Assembly (NCBI RefSeq): GCF_964355755.1 | Contig: NC_092678.1 | Span: forward strand, 6,216,422 to 6,280,421 | Source of the DNA: Antedon mediterranea | Lineage: Eukaryota > Animalia > Echinodermata | Direction: 5' to 3' | DNA length: 64,000 bases | Shown: positions 43,901 to 54,000 of the stretch, one piece after another | Layout of the letters: every line of letters starts with the position of its first letter | Numbering within the stretch: the stretch's first letter is position 1 | Notes under the pieces: generated by a model | Seen by the model: the letters and a program-made list of their open reading frames with translations, nothing else | What the model was told of the DNA's origin: nothing | Databases searched by the model: none | Translations under genes and position numbers: made by a program

Positions 43901-46797
43901 ATTCATATCTAGAAATGCAACGTAAAGCAAACATCTCATATGACGTAATTGCTTTGTTGGTATTTTTAAACTTACTTACTTTCAATGGAATAACATGATT
44001 ATTGAATATTATCACTTTAAATGAGCAGCCACGAGTTATACCAGGCACATGACAATAACAATGTGTGTAGGTGACAATTACAAAGAATTGGTGTATTTAT
44101 CTACCCACAAGAAGATTATTACACAATGTGTACCTAAATCATTACAATACCACTATACTATCAATATATATATATTATTCCTTAAGCTCTGTCTACACTA
44201 TCAAACTTTATGTGACAAACAAATGTGATGTGCCCATATATGGACATGATGATGTCATATCACTACCATATATAGGTATATCACTACCATATATAGGTAT
44301 ATCACCATCATATTTGTCAAACACCTTTGATAGTGTAGAGAGAGCTTTAGAAGGGACACTTTCCTGTGAAGCAAACTAAGGGGAATGTATGTTATTAACA
44401 CTGAAGTTAACCCCTATTCTGGGGACATCCTATTAAAGCTTGGTTAGAACGCAACACAAGGACGCAAGTAATTTGACCAATCACAACGTGATGGATGATG
44501 ATTCATTATGTAGTGATTGGTTAAATTACTTACGTTGGGTCCAGTGTTCCCTTAAAAGGGGCTCTATTGTGCTATACTAACAATTCCTAAAAAATCAATT
44601 CTTAAAGCATAGCCTGTTACTAGCACATACCCATAAGCGGAACTTTCTTGTATCTTCTCCCGCAAAAGAACATTAGAATCCATCCAACAATAAAGAACAC
44701 CACAACATGTCTGGTGGAAAAGAATTGTGAATTGTAAATATAATAATCATTCCAGGCCTTTAATTGATAGAATATATATGTATTAGGCGGTAAAAAATGG
44801 TGACACAAGACACAATCATAATATAGATAATATAAAATAGATTATAAATAAATTGACTTCTGACCCGCTGTGTCTGTCTGTCCTTGGGTTGGTTAGCCAT
44901 TGTGTCCAAAACAGTCTGGTCACCATCGTATTTCATTATAACATTCTGACAGCTTTCTGTATTGAGACAATTTTTGTAAAAATTGATAAAACAAATAAAT
45001 AGAACTGTAAAATAAAATGTAATGACAACAAACAAGAGATTTTTCAGAAACAGTAAAACCATGACTGAATAATTTAAATAAATAAGAAGAAACACCAAAG
45101 GAAATATATAAATATAGAATTGAATTGAATTGAAATTTATCTTTATACTGGGTAACCTCTTCAGTCAAAGACTGGTCTCCCAGAGGGCCCAGTTGGTGAT
45201 CAGTGGCTGTGATGTACTAATACACCGGGGTAACCCCCTACTTGTCTCAATTCAATTCAATTCATCGACATTTTTATTCCATAATCAAAATATCGAAAGG
45301 TGTACTAGGTTCTTTAAGGTGCACACGAGCTAGATGTGTACACTGGACCTACGGTTTATAGTCCTAATCCGAGAAGACTCGTTCTACCACCAGAACCATA
45401 GAGTGAGTGAGCCTCGAACCCCTGCCGATGTTATGGCTACATAATTACGGTTCCACTGTCTTAACCGCTCGGCCACTCACTCACATGAGTCACTCACAAA
45501 GACTGAAAAGTCAATCCTCTTTGATTAATTATAAACATTTTGGATTGAATCATTTTGTTTGTCAAGTGATAGTTTCAGTTCTTCGATAAAAAACAATTTT
45601 AAAAACTATTTCAAGTAGTGAACTGAAGTGGCTGGTTTGACATAGTGGGTGGTTAGAAAACTGAGTTCGATAATCGATCGTTGTTTCTTTGTCTTTTCTA
45701 CTACAAATGTAAACAATGTATACAATATCAAACTAGTTTGACAAAAAAGGTGTGATGTGATTATGGTAGTGGTGTTCCCAAATATGGTAGTGATATGATA
45801 TCATCATGCCCATATATAGAGTATAACGGTGTGACGTCACAACGATAGAGGCCACTGCATGGTTTCTAGCCAACCAAAAAATGCGAAGAATAAATAGATT
45901 ATTAAAAACAAATATTTAGTGATCTTTTGAAATTTTAGTTTGTTTTTATTGAAAATTATGAAGTTTTAAAATGACCAAACCATTGGTGATCTGAGAATCA
46001 CTCAGGCAGGTTGAACCAAAGTTGAACGCATTTTTTTTGGTTGGCTAGCAACCACGCAGCGCCACCTTCCGTCGTTATGTCAGCACCGTGATACTCTATG
46101 GGCACATTTTTTTTTCACATACAGTTTGATAGTGTAGGGATTTTACTATAATTATTGCCTAGAGGGATATCTAATAATTTCTTGCAATTTGTATATTTAT
46201 TTTATTTTTATTTATTTTATTTTATTCAATCAAAACCAACAGCGATAAATACCGCCACTAACAGGTTTGAAACATAAAACAATACAACATCAAAAACGGT
46301 TAACAATAAAATACAGATAAAATATATTTATATAAAACATAGATCGCCATGCCATAAACAATTTCAATTAATCAAACAGGTTATGCAGGCTGTTCAAGAA
46401 GCGAACACATAATCGTCCTCTTAAAATAACCAAGTCTATCATTAAAAATATCGATATGATTGCTATTTAGATTATTAAATGTATAAGGTAGTCTATGAAA
46501 AAGTATGCTCATGAGACCCATCACAGTGCGGCTGAAACCTGTTTTTGTTAACTCTTAAAAGTGTTTTTAAAAACCTGAAAATATGATGTATTCTAGATAG
46601 CCGACAGTCTATATGAAAATGTATGAAACCTGTATGTAACACTAAGTCTTCTAAGCTTGTCACTACTTACCAAATTGAGCCAACTCAATAAGTTCTTCAC
46701 ATATCTTTGGTAATTTGTTTATTTCAAAATCATTTTTAAGAAGCAGAAGCAAATCAAAAGTTCGATTTTTCTTCTCTTCATCTTCTATGTTATCCAT
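101..46797 (-). CDS. LRRK2: Leucine-rich repeat kinase 2 orthologue (ARM-ANK-LRR-Roc-COR-kinase-WD40); about 62 coding exons in window, 3' end beyond base 1
   Basis: Manually spliced GT-AG exons with consistent phase: 46671-46797 (ATG, in-frame upstream TGA), 44865-44956, 44631-44710, 44105-44133?, 43801-43846?, 41823-41911, 39846-39977, 39441-39572, 39019-39144, 37962-38087, 37405-37514, 37098-37177, 36723-36829, 36021-36150, 35484-35620, 35033-35161, 34840-34920, 33283-33422, 32859-32912, 32431-32548, 31061-31152, 30758-30877, 30363-30462, 29997-30095, 28902-29141, 27993-28091, 27176-27328, 26674-26874, 25186-25281, 24396-24613, 23794-23904, 22813-22949, 21740-21891, 20963-21083, 20672-20783, 20295-20369, 20065-20175, 19618-19856, 19205-19325, 17133-17262, 16313-16472, 15752-15806, 15189-15323, 14650-14808, 14146-14234, 13519-13619, 11708-11808, 10709-10768?, 9593-9664, 9060-9142, 8671-8795, 8240-8340, 7292-7365, 6863-6926, 5800-5865, 5302-5472, 2406-2504, 1802-1930, 1360-1467, 1165-1269, 628-729, 101-214. 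LRRK2-typical strings: AVPYNRMKLM, WKSQSLRELLF, DENELPQAVRFL, EEWFPGL, AKIADYGI, EGTPGYRAPEV. The N-terminal ARM region argues for LRRK2 rather than LRRK1. Confidence 0.95.
1165..6926 (-). CDS. LRRK2: LRRK2 kinase-domain exons (G-loop to C-lobe)
   Basis: GDGGFGSVY (6863-6926), VAVK (5800-5865), LHHPSLISL (5302-5472), YRDLKPDN (2406-2504), IADYGI..GTPGYRAPE (1802-1930), DVYSFG (1360-1467), PENRPT (1165-1269). All catalytic motifs are intact, including the LRRK-specific DYG. Confidence 0.95.
2711..5035. mobile_element. Non-autonomous DNA transposon with arrays of subterminal repeats, nested in a DeuSINE
   Basis: TIR GGTCAACCCGTACCCA (2718) / TGGGTACGGGTTGACC (5028); inverted arrays of (A/C)CTCGTACCCA at both ends; internal ~190-bp triplication at 3760-4260; SINE halves at 2567-2710 and 5040-5135. 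Superfamily uncertain (Sola2-like). Confidence 0.8.
6425..6770 (+). mobile_element. Composite SINE: 5S rRNA-derived head + tRNA-like segment + CORE-like block + LINE-type tail
   Basis: 6425-6545 resembles 5S rRNA (CTACGGCCATAC..CCGAAGTTAAGCA..GGATGGGAGACCG..GTGCTGTA); then TGGTGTAATGG/GGTTCGAG boxes, CCTTAGGCAAGATGCTTTA, tail AATTTCCTCACTGAGGACAAATA and A-rich end; candidate TSD AATACTGT (6415-6422 / 6768-6775). Confidence 0.8.
7292..15806 (-). CDS. LRRK2: LRRK2 COR-domain exons
   Basis: GQMIPDSYL, AVRFLHEIGVLLHY..EPEWLC, YDMPYIPIGLWSRLI (Y1699-equivalent Tyr at 11777-11779), YWREGIYI, EEWFPGL, APDLTLTD. Confidence 0.92.
7738..7886 (-). mobile_element. tRNA-derived SINE (related copies near 30540-30640 and 49075-49190)
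   Basis: Reverse complement reads TCCCCAGTGGTCTAATGGTTAGGAC..GAGTTCGAGTCTCGGTTGGGG (A and B boxes) followed by a body shared by three copies. Confidence 0.7.
7922..7958 (+). ncRNA. Minimal type-I hammerhead ribozyme within a ~170-bp Penelope-like fragment (7919-8087) flanked by (TA)n
   Basis: GCA-CTGATGA-A-GGGC(tagtgtt)GCCC-GAAA-GC-TC-TGC: conserved core, stem II GGGC/GCCC, palindromic AGCT stem III, UC cleavage site, stem I GCA/TGC. Confidence 0.75.
10800..11040. repeat. 25/26-bp minisatellite
   Basis: (ATATCATATAATGGCAAAAGCAATC)n, about 9 copies. Confidence 0.95.
13238..13430. repeat. 16-bp minisatellite
   Basis: (CAATTTTGGGATAGTC)n, about 12 copies. Confidence 0.95.
16313..19856 (-). 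CDS. LRRK2: LRRK2 Roc GTPase exons
   Basis: P-loop GYGGRGKTT (19618-19856), WDFAGQEDFYSTHP (19205-19325), PVILVGTHKD (17133-17262), EVSN (16313-16472). Confidence 0.95.
16555..16921. repeat. 26/29-bp minisatellite
   Basis: (GAAAGAATGGAGGGACAGG[AGG]TCATTTT)n, about 13 copies. Confidence 0.95.
17381..19032 (-). mobile_element. 5'-truncated CR1/L2-type LINE with RT ORF (17610-18893), inserted in a MITE
   Basis: RT motifs FIDFSKAFDTI, GVPQGSVLGP, LFADDT, FLGV; frameshift near 18920; 3' stem-loop and (TTGAAAG)n tail; TSD AATAT (17376-17380 / 19033-19037). Confidence 0.93.
20065..24613 (-). CDS. LRRK2: LRRK2 leucine-rich-repeat exons
   Basis: Eight exons with LxxLxLxxNxL repeats, e.g. LKHLDLRNNRLKELP, LRELNLSNNSI, LTTLDLSRN (S1292-equivalent Ser retained). 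Confidence 0.92.
23438..23760 (+). mobile_element. tRNA-headed DeuSINE, full length (other copies 2567-2710+5040-5135, 28432-28530, 29225-29480, 35640-35880 rc, 45118-45483 rc, 57703-58058)
   Basis: A box TGGCCGAGCGG, B box GGTTCGAGG; Deu-like core CGGATAAGGACTATAAACCGTAGGTCC..TTAAAGAACC..GAGTAGGGGGTTACCCCGGTG; simple-repeat tail. Confidence 0.85.
29997..46797 (-). CDS. LRRK2: LRRK2 armadillo and ankyrin-region exons
   Basis: ARM-like helices (DVQSACCMAL, DVGVQMACCSLI, DIQAVGLRTI) and ANK-like LVQLGANVN..NVELVRFLL. Phases join consistently; the small exons at 44105-44133 and 43801-43846 are less certain. Confidence 0.8.
31251..32203. mobile_element. Academ-like non-autonomous element nested in a MITE
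   Basis: Termini TAGT...ACTA with 4-bp TSD ATGG (31247-31250 / 32204-32207); the host MITE resumes exactly after it; subterminal CAGACGGAG motif repeated. Confidence 0.7.
33691..34320 (-). mobile_element. Degenerate LINE 3' fragment
   Basis: Translation HHHNTR..ILWNSLPHNIKEI..FKLHIK matches the CR1/L2 ORF2 C-terminus; it interrupts a MITE. Confidence 0.7.
38658..38817. mobile_element. Second Harbinger-like palindromic MITE family (also 33573-33690+34452-34488 split by a LINE fragment, 41421-41562, 44437-44540, 51328-51450)
   Basis: TIR AGCTTGRTTYCCACTAG..GCAACGCAAG..GACCAAT and its inverse; TTA/TAA flanks. Confidence 0.8.
39992..40960. repeat. 21-bp minisatellite abutting an LRRK2 acceptor, split by a MITE
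   Basis: (AATGTTAACTACTATCCAGTT)n with variant units. Confidence 0.95.
40320..40641. mobile_element. P-element-like MITE inserted in a minisatellite
   Basis: Perfect 31-bp TIR CAAAGAACTTATAACACAAGAATCTCCTGTT; 7-bp TSD CTAACAT (40313-40319 / 40642-40648). Confidence 0.85.
43102..43476. repeat. 53-bp tandem repeat (~7 copies) within a degenerate LINE 3' fragment
   Basis: (TAGTTTATACATCAGGTTAACTTGCTTCTTAATCTTAGCATGAGGACATTGGT)n; LINE-like 3' end at 42780-43100. Confidence 0.93.
45118..45483 (-). mobile_element. tRNA-DeuSINE copy
   Basis: Near-identical reverse complement of 23438-23760, with a small internal insertion at about 45250-45295. Confidence 0.85.
45818..46097. mobile_element. MITE with ~70-bp imperfect TIR nested in the abundant Harbinger MITE
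   Basis: AGAGTATAACGGTG..CTAGCCAACCAAAAAATGCG mirrored at the right end; AT duplication of host sequence CATATATGGGC. Confidence 0.75.
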
Positions 46798-47517
46798 AAT
46801 TCTGATTCTGATCTTATTCCTTCTTCTGATTCAATGCGTTCTGCAAATAAAACACAACAAATAAATCGTATGGTATTTTTTGTAGAGCATGGAACATACA
46901 CTTTGATCCCTTGAGTTTACTATGCAACATTATATAGGCCTAGTGACAGTTACTGTACTTAAAAATAAATCTAAATTGTATAATTATAATTTTTATATTA
47001 AGACGAAGTAAAATTAACTGAAATCGTAATTATTAAATAATTAAATAACATGTAGAAACGGCGAAAATGTTTCTATTACAAATTAGCGCAAACAACCAAA
47101 ATGAAACGTAACCGATATGATAAGCAGCGTATCTAGTGGCGCTACATACAAAATAGAGTTGATTTTATCCCGACCAAAGTTATAATACGCCTCAGTCAGG
47201 CCTAACTTTAGAGCCTACCCTGCTGGCTTCCTGCCACTCATACACTGATGGGTGGGTTAATCCTACCGTACCTGCTGGCAAGAAGTTTTTTAGGGCTCTG
47301 CCTAGACGGGCGGAAACCTAGGCCTAGAGACTAGCTAGGGCCTAATTAATTAGGATAGGGCAAGAAGGCCTACCTAGTAGTAGGCTGGCCTAGTAGTACT
47401 AGGCCTAGGCCCTACCTAGCAGGCCTAGGCCTAGTTACTAATTTAGTCCTAGCTATCCGGCCAGCTACATATAGTGCATAATTAAACACTTGAGAAAGTA
47501 ATATTAATCATACTTAC

Positions 47518-47650
47518 TGAATTACAACTACCCATTATTGCCTTATCTATTATAAAACACAGCTCTTGTTTTGTTTTTTTTGACAGGTTGTCCATGCATG
47601 TGATTTTGACTTTTTAAACAAACTCTAAAACAACTTCGTACAAGAGGGCG
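47518..47650 (-). promoter_or_regulatory. Putative non-coding first exon and promoter of LRRK2
   Basis: GTAAGTA donor (rc of tacttac 47511-47517) upstream of acceptor 46840. CGCCCTCTTG motif at 47641-47650 mirrors the SLMAP promoter. TSS position is not determinable from sequence. Confidence 0.5.
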
Positions 47651-49566
47651 TACTTTGCAATATTTGTATGGTAAGCCTTAATTGAATTTTAAAAAGAACT
47701 TTTCGCGCATTATTTATAAATTATTTATAAATAATGAAAACACACTAGTGTTGCCCGAAAGCTCTGCTACTTTTTTTGGCTGTTTTACTTTATTATTTTG
47801 GTAGTACTTGCGCACAGTGATAATAAATAGGATTTCGTTTACCATTGTGCGCTACTATAATGATAGTGATAATACTTAAGAATTATAAAATTTCAAATGT
47901 CAATATTAATTCATCGGATGCCTACATGACGGATACACGAGTCTCTCTACATCTCTCCCCTATGACAACAATTAACCAAGAAATTGTCATTACGTCTTCA
48001 CAATTTACATCACGTTATTAGGTTAAATACAGATTGTCATCGCCTGACTTACTACTACATAATACGTTGTATCATGGATACTTACACTCAGTACAATAAT
48101 ATTGTTAGAAACACGGCCATGATCAAACCAAGTGGATGTTAAGCCGTTGGTCACTCAAATAAAGAAATTCATTTTGTTGTTTTGATTCCTGGGCATAGAG
48201 AAACAAATATTGGACCCAACGGAGTGATGACTTCATACCTGTAGGCCTAATATGACCATTCTGGCTGCGAATGGGATAATGAATAGGATACTAATGCAAT
48301 CAGCAAGAAGTTTAGCACTGTACGCTATTAATGACGCCAGATTACGTAATTCCTGGTGCCTAAAATGCAAATTTCAAAAGTTCGTGCAGAGAGTAGTTTT
48401 TTTTAATATCTCAGGATTGCTTTTGTGTTGTAACTGAAATTTGAAGACGGAACCGATTTCTTTTAATAGGCCAATGGAATTTGCTAATTGTGATTTTGTT
48501 TTGGTTTTTGTACGCATCCAACAGCAACAATACAGGACGAAAAAATAGAATTTATGTCGCTTTTGAAGGAGTCGTTTGAGTTACAACCCTAACAGGCAGG
48601 TGTCAGGCAGTTGCGTAACGCGGAGGCTTAAAGCCCCTAATTTAGGAACCCTCCAACCCTCGTGCCTCGGGCTTTTTAAGCATTTTCAACATATTTAATG
48701 CCTGTCAGGATTGAACTCTGGATCTTGGATGGAGCAAGCATGTTAACCACCAAAGCTCCACTCCATTTAAAAAGACCTTTTGGCGAAGATAAAGTTTGTG
48801 TTTTAATCTTGAAGAACTTGACGAAAGATCAAATTTGTAATCAACAGAAAGATTTTTCTCTTATGTTAAAAATAGATATGATTATTAGCAGACATCAGAA
48901 AATATAATATTGTCGTGATTCAATATTATTGCAAATCATTTTGTAAAGCTCTGTCTACACTATCAAACTTTGTGATGATGTTGTGCCCATATATGGAAAC
49001 AATGATGTCTTATCACCAACATATCTGGGGTTATCACTGCCATATTTGAGCAGATTCACCTATTCTTGTCAAAACCGCCCAGGAGATGTAAATAAAACGG
49101 TAAAGATGATGAAATCCGAGTTTGAGAAAGGACTTAACTGAGAGTTGAATCCAGTTTTCTGCCTGATATGCAGACATCTTATTAACATTACACTTAAACC
49201 ATATTAAACTTTGTTCACATTATAGATTATGTATAATTTCAATTCTTTTTTTTTTTCAGGATTGAGAACAACGGATTGTATTTATTTCGAACGCAACTAC
49301 GTCTCTTTGCATACATCGTGTTTAATATCTAATTTTATGTGACAAACAAATGTGATGTGCTCAAATATGGACATGATGGATGATTTCATAACACTACCGT
49401 ATTTGGGCATATCACTACCATATTTGGGCACATCATCATCACACGACGCTATAAAATAGTGGTGCACTACGTACGTCGTGATTAATCAAGTGCGTTGCGC
49501 TTACGTTGCGCACAAGAGGTAACATAGCTATAATTTAATTAATTCATTCAATTTGTATCTTTATAG

Positions 49567-49871
49567 AGTTGGACACAACAGTATCTCCTTCAACAGTTAC
49601 CAACATCGGACTAACTTCCAATCAACAAGCATCCACATTTGCACTTATTGCATTAGCCGGTAGAGCAAAAGACGACGCCATTTTACAGAGTCATTGGCTA
49701 AAAAGTAAAATGCAGTGTGCGTTTGTTTGTCAACAAACATCTGAATGTCAGTCTTTCAATTTTGGCAGTGACGTAACCACTCGTGGACGATGTAATCTGT
49801 TTGATGACGTATTTAGACCAGAAGAACTTATCCCAGATAATAAATTCCTTTATTATATAAAATCAGCATAA
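49567..49871 (+). CDS. Terminal exon encoding a PAN/apple-like domain; upstream exons unresolved (may be a pseudogene)
   Basis: tttatag acceptor; CAFVCQQTSECQSFNF...CNL cysteine pattern typical of PAN/apple modules; TAA stop then three AATAAA within 80 bp. There is no in-frame ATG before the domain. Confidence 0.6.
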
Positions 49872-50099
49872 TTGTTATTAAATAATTGTTGTTGGAATAA
49901 AGTTATAATAATATTAATCTACCAATACAAATAAACTAATATGAAATAAAGTGTTTTGTTAGAGCATCCTTAAATATTGAAATTATTGGTGAATATTTAT
50001 TATATGATCCATTAAGATTTTTTTGGTAAAGATAGCAATATCATTATTTCATTCAACAATTACCAGTTTGTAAGAATTTGTGATGATAAGGAAAAATGT

Positions 50100-50337
50100 A
50101 ACATCGCCCTCTATTGATGTGATTACAAGTTTAGCGAACTATTTTTTCTTTAGTCTTCAAAATGGCGACCACAACATAAGAAAAATTTGTAGAAAGGGAG
50201 TTGCACTAACTTGTCAGGAAGTATAATTTTGGTTTGAAATGTCATTTTGAATAAAGTGTCATGTTAAGATCTAATTTGAGAGGTCATTAATTAATTGCAA
50301 GAAGACAGAACTTTTCGTCAAAAGATGTATGAATAAG
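50100..50337 (+). promoter_or_regulatory. SLMAP promoter and non-coding exon 1
   Basis: CGCCCTCTA at 50105-50113, YY1-type CAAAATGGCG from 50158, donor AAG|gtattt at 50337/50338, next acceptor at 50994. Confidence 0.6.
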
Positions 50338-51031
50338 GTATTTCCGGTTTTCTCTACTGACTGAACTTGATTTTCCTCTCCACCACCTACCGCGAGCCGA
50401 GTGAGGTGTCAACTTTAAGTTGACCTATCTCTAGCCTAGGCCTATTTCAGTAATAGGGGCCTAGGCCCAGCCTAGATCTATATAAATAAAGAAGTAGTAG
50501 GCGTAGAATATTACAGTAGCATAGGCGTAGGCCTATGCCTCCTTCTGAACGTATCAATCATACTAGGATTCAAAATGTAAAACTATTTTATTATACACGA
50601 GCAAGTTGATTTGTTGTGTTTTCTTTTTGGTTATTCAGTACTTCACACCCTAGCCACACATTAGCCTAGGCCTATACGAAGAAAAGTTCAATGGCGCATA
50701 CAAAGTTTTAATCATGTCAGCAATCACTGTTTCTATTCTAGAATTTGTTGATTTACTAGGGCCTAGTTTTGAAAGTGTTTTTTGTTCATAACAGGGAAAA
50801 ATTTAATTTTAAAATTGTGTTTAGCAATTATTGCTTTAAATCAAACTGATTTTTTAGTCGAGAAACATAGTTTTGTATTGTCTTTTTTGCTACACAATTT
50901 TAGAAATGTGTAGCAATAAGTTTGTTTTGTATAGCTTTTTGCTATGCTACACTGGCGAAATTAATCCATGCATAATCTATTTTTTTCTTAACAGTATTTG
51001 TCCTAGACAGAACAGAATTTAAATCTTCAAA

Positions 51032-54000
51032 ATGAGCGCTATTGCCGTCCTTACGTGTCGGCAAAACTCGCATCCATTTGAAGAACGTCGCATGCCACTT
51101 AATGAACCAATGAAAATAGGACGTTCGGTTGCTAAAGTACGTCCCACACCGGAGAATGGAATCTTCGACTGCAAGGTGCTATCCAGGAACCATGCATTGA
51201 TTTACTATGAAGGTGGTATTGTAAGTATCAGTTTATTTTAATATCAAGGCTTTAATTATACAATGACCCTTTACTTACAGCGATGTACATTAAAGAGTTT
51301 TAATGTCCAGTCAATCCATACAGTAATGCTTGATTCCCATGATTTTGTACGCAACGCAAGTAATTTTAATGAATCACTGTAAGCAGAAATTCATCGGGTT
51401 CATCGTATATGTTACGTTATGTCCTTGCATCACGTCCTAGTGGCAACGAAACTATATGTTGTTAGTGTTACATATACTTTAAAACTTATATTGTGTCAAA
51501 ATGTTTACCTCACATGACCTTTAAGCATAATAATCAAAGCGTTTTTTAAAATGTACTTCTCTATGATGTTGATAATGCAAACTCTTAAGCTGTGTCTGCA
51601 CTATCAAAAAATAAGTAGCAAACATGTGCCTATGGACATGATGATGTCATACCACTACCATATTTGGGTATATCACTACCATATTTGGGTATATCACTAC
51701 CATATTTGGGCACATCACACTTTTTTTGTCAAACTAACTTTGATTCATCATCCATAGTATTATTAGATATTAATAAGTTTGCGTGATACTTGCATGAATT
51801 TTTTTTTATTATACATCCAATCAGTAGATTTAATCGACAAATACAAATACATGCAAATTAACTGTAATTATTACTTTCTCTTATATTTAAACTTATCTTG
51901 TTACTGATTCATGAAGACTTCAATATCAAGACATTTTGTATAATTTATATAATAATTATCAAACATGAAACCAACCAAAATAATTGAAAATTAATTAATA
52001 ATTTTATCAAATTTAGTTACACTTTTACAGTAGAATCTCTCCTTTGAGGAGCACCCCCTTTATTAGGGGCACACTCTTGTTAAGGGGACAATTTTCCGTG
52101 AAACAAATGAATAGAAATTATGTTTTTATTTAACACTACCGCAAACCTCTTTGCTGGAGACACCCCTATTATTAAGGAGACACTTTATTGGGTCCCAAAT
52201 GTGCCCCCCTAATAGGGGTTCTATTGTTATGCATCATTGATTGTCATTTCATCCAGTATTAAATAATGTTTGCAACTTACTAAACTCATAGCTCACCAAA
52301 CTGTCAGTATTGACTAATTAAATGCTTTTTTTCTGCGTGTATTATTTCTAGGCCCAAAGTGTAATCTTATCTCTTTAAGCCAAGTCTACTCATGTTAATT
52401 AGCTACCGTGGAGTGATGAATCACACTCGGCTCCTCATAGCTTCTGAGGGGACCTTCTCAAAATGTACTCATAGGAAATTTGACAATCCATCTTTTTATT
52501 GTCTAATTAATTCTTAATCTGTACTGTAATTTGCAAGGATTGTTTTGGTCAAGTAAACAACAGACCCACTAGTTAAAAAAAAAATTTTTTTTAATAAGCA
52601 TCCAACAGCGAGTAACTCGCTAAATACAGGATGGATAAACTATTTAATAATTTATCGTGCTTATAACTAAGTCTTATTTAAGACTTAAGAAGTGAAATTG
52701 AAAGAGTCGTGAGTTACAACCCTGGCATTAGGTCGGGATTGAACCCTGGACCCTGGGATTGGAAGGCAAGCACGTTAACCACCAAGCTACAGCTCCACTA
52801 ATTGGAAATAAACAGATCCACTATAGTTTATTAGATACAGTAAATGTTGAAACTAACAGCAGCCAGAGAAATATACCTCTGAAGTCAACTATCTAAGTTG
52901 CTGTGTTAGTTTAAACTCTGCTTTCTCAGTAAACTAAAACCTCTACAGTATATAGGGGACAACTTTGTGACCCAAACACTAACAGTGTCCTCTTAATATT
53001 CCCATACAGACTCATTCTCTTAGTGTTGAAACATATTCCCATTCATTTTATGGACAGTCACTCTGTTTATGTCACATGCAGGCTGCAAATTTCTTACTGG
53101 CTCTCTGTAAAACTAAATATAATATTTACAATTTTCTTTAGTGTAGTGTGATTTTGCCTATTGTACTTGACCTATTTATGTTACAGTATTGAAAATTAAT
53201 TATCAAACAAACTTATTTCAAATACCATATGCTCTAACTAATGCTAATAAAATGATCTTATTTCACTTTCTGTTTACAGTGTTTAACTGTTATCAACAAT
53301 TTTTTGTCCGGTAAAAATTACTATAATCACTTAATTGCACTAGGACAGCCAGGTACTAAAAGTTATTGAAAATCTTAAACAACTATTGTGAATATTCTGA
53401 ACACTGCACCAGTTGCAGTGTGAATGGCCTCTGTGACTATTCTGAACACTGCGCCAGTTGCAGTGTGAATAACCTTCTCTGTGACTATTCTGAACACTGC
53501 GCCAGTTGCAGTGTGAATGGCCTTCTCTGTGACTATTCTGAACACTGCACCAGTTGCACTGTGAATGACCTTCTCTGTGACTATTCTGAACACTGTGCCA
53601 GTTGCAGTGTGAATAGCCTTCTCTGTGACTATTCTGAACACTGCAGCAATGTGAATAGCCTTCTCTGTGACTATAGAATCTAAACACTTGCACTTTTACA
53701 TTCATGGTTCAGTGAACACAAAGCTAATAATATGCCAAGTGCATAAAGGCAATGTCTTGTAAATCTGGAATTAAATATCGAATTAACATACAGAATGTTG
53801 TATTTGCCGCTTCAAATTGTGAATATGGTATGAGAATTTTAAGTTACCCCTATTAAGGGGATACCTTGTACTGTAGACCCACCAAAGAGTCCCCTTAATA
53901 GGGTGAATAGTGTTAAGAAATAACATCTCCCTTGTGTGTTTTGCTGGAAATTGTCCCCTTAACAAAAGTGTCCCCTCATTCGTTTCATGGGAAAGTATCC

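Noticed and set aside
47905-48400. Degenerate WSC-like domain upstream of the PAN exon
   Set aside because: Only a faint FIGC..C resemblance with many stops; cannot be supported without an HMM search.
51551-51757. Recurrent short ORFs with HYHIW / SLPYLG / PKYGSD peptides (also 21431, 22475, 30879, 33129, 44071)
   Set aside because: Translations of the abundant MITE's internal repeats, not genes.
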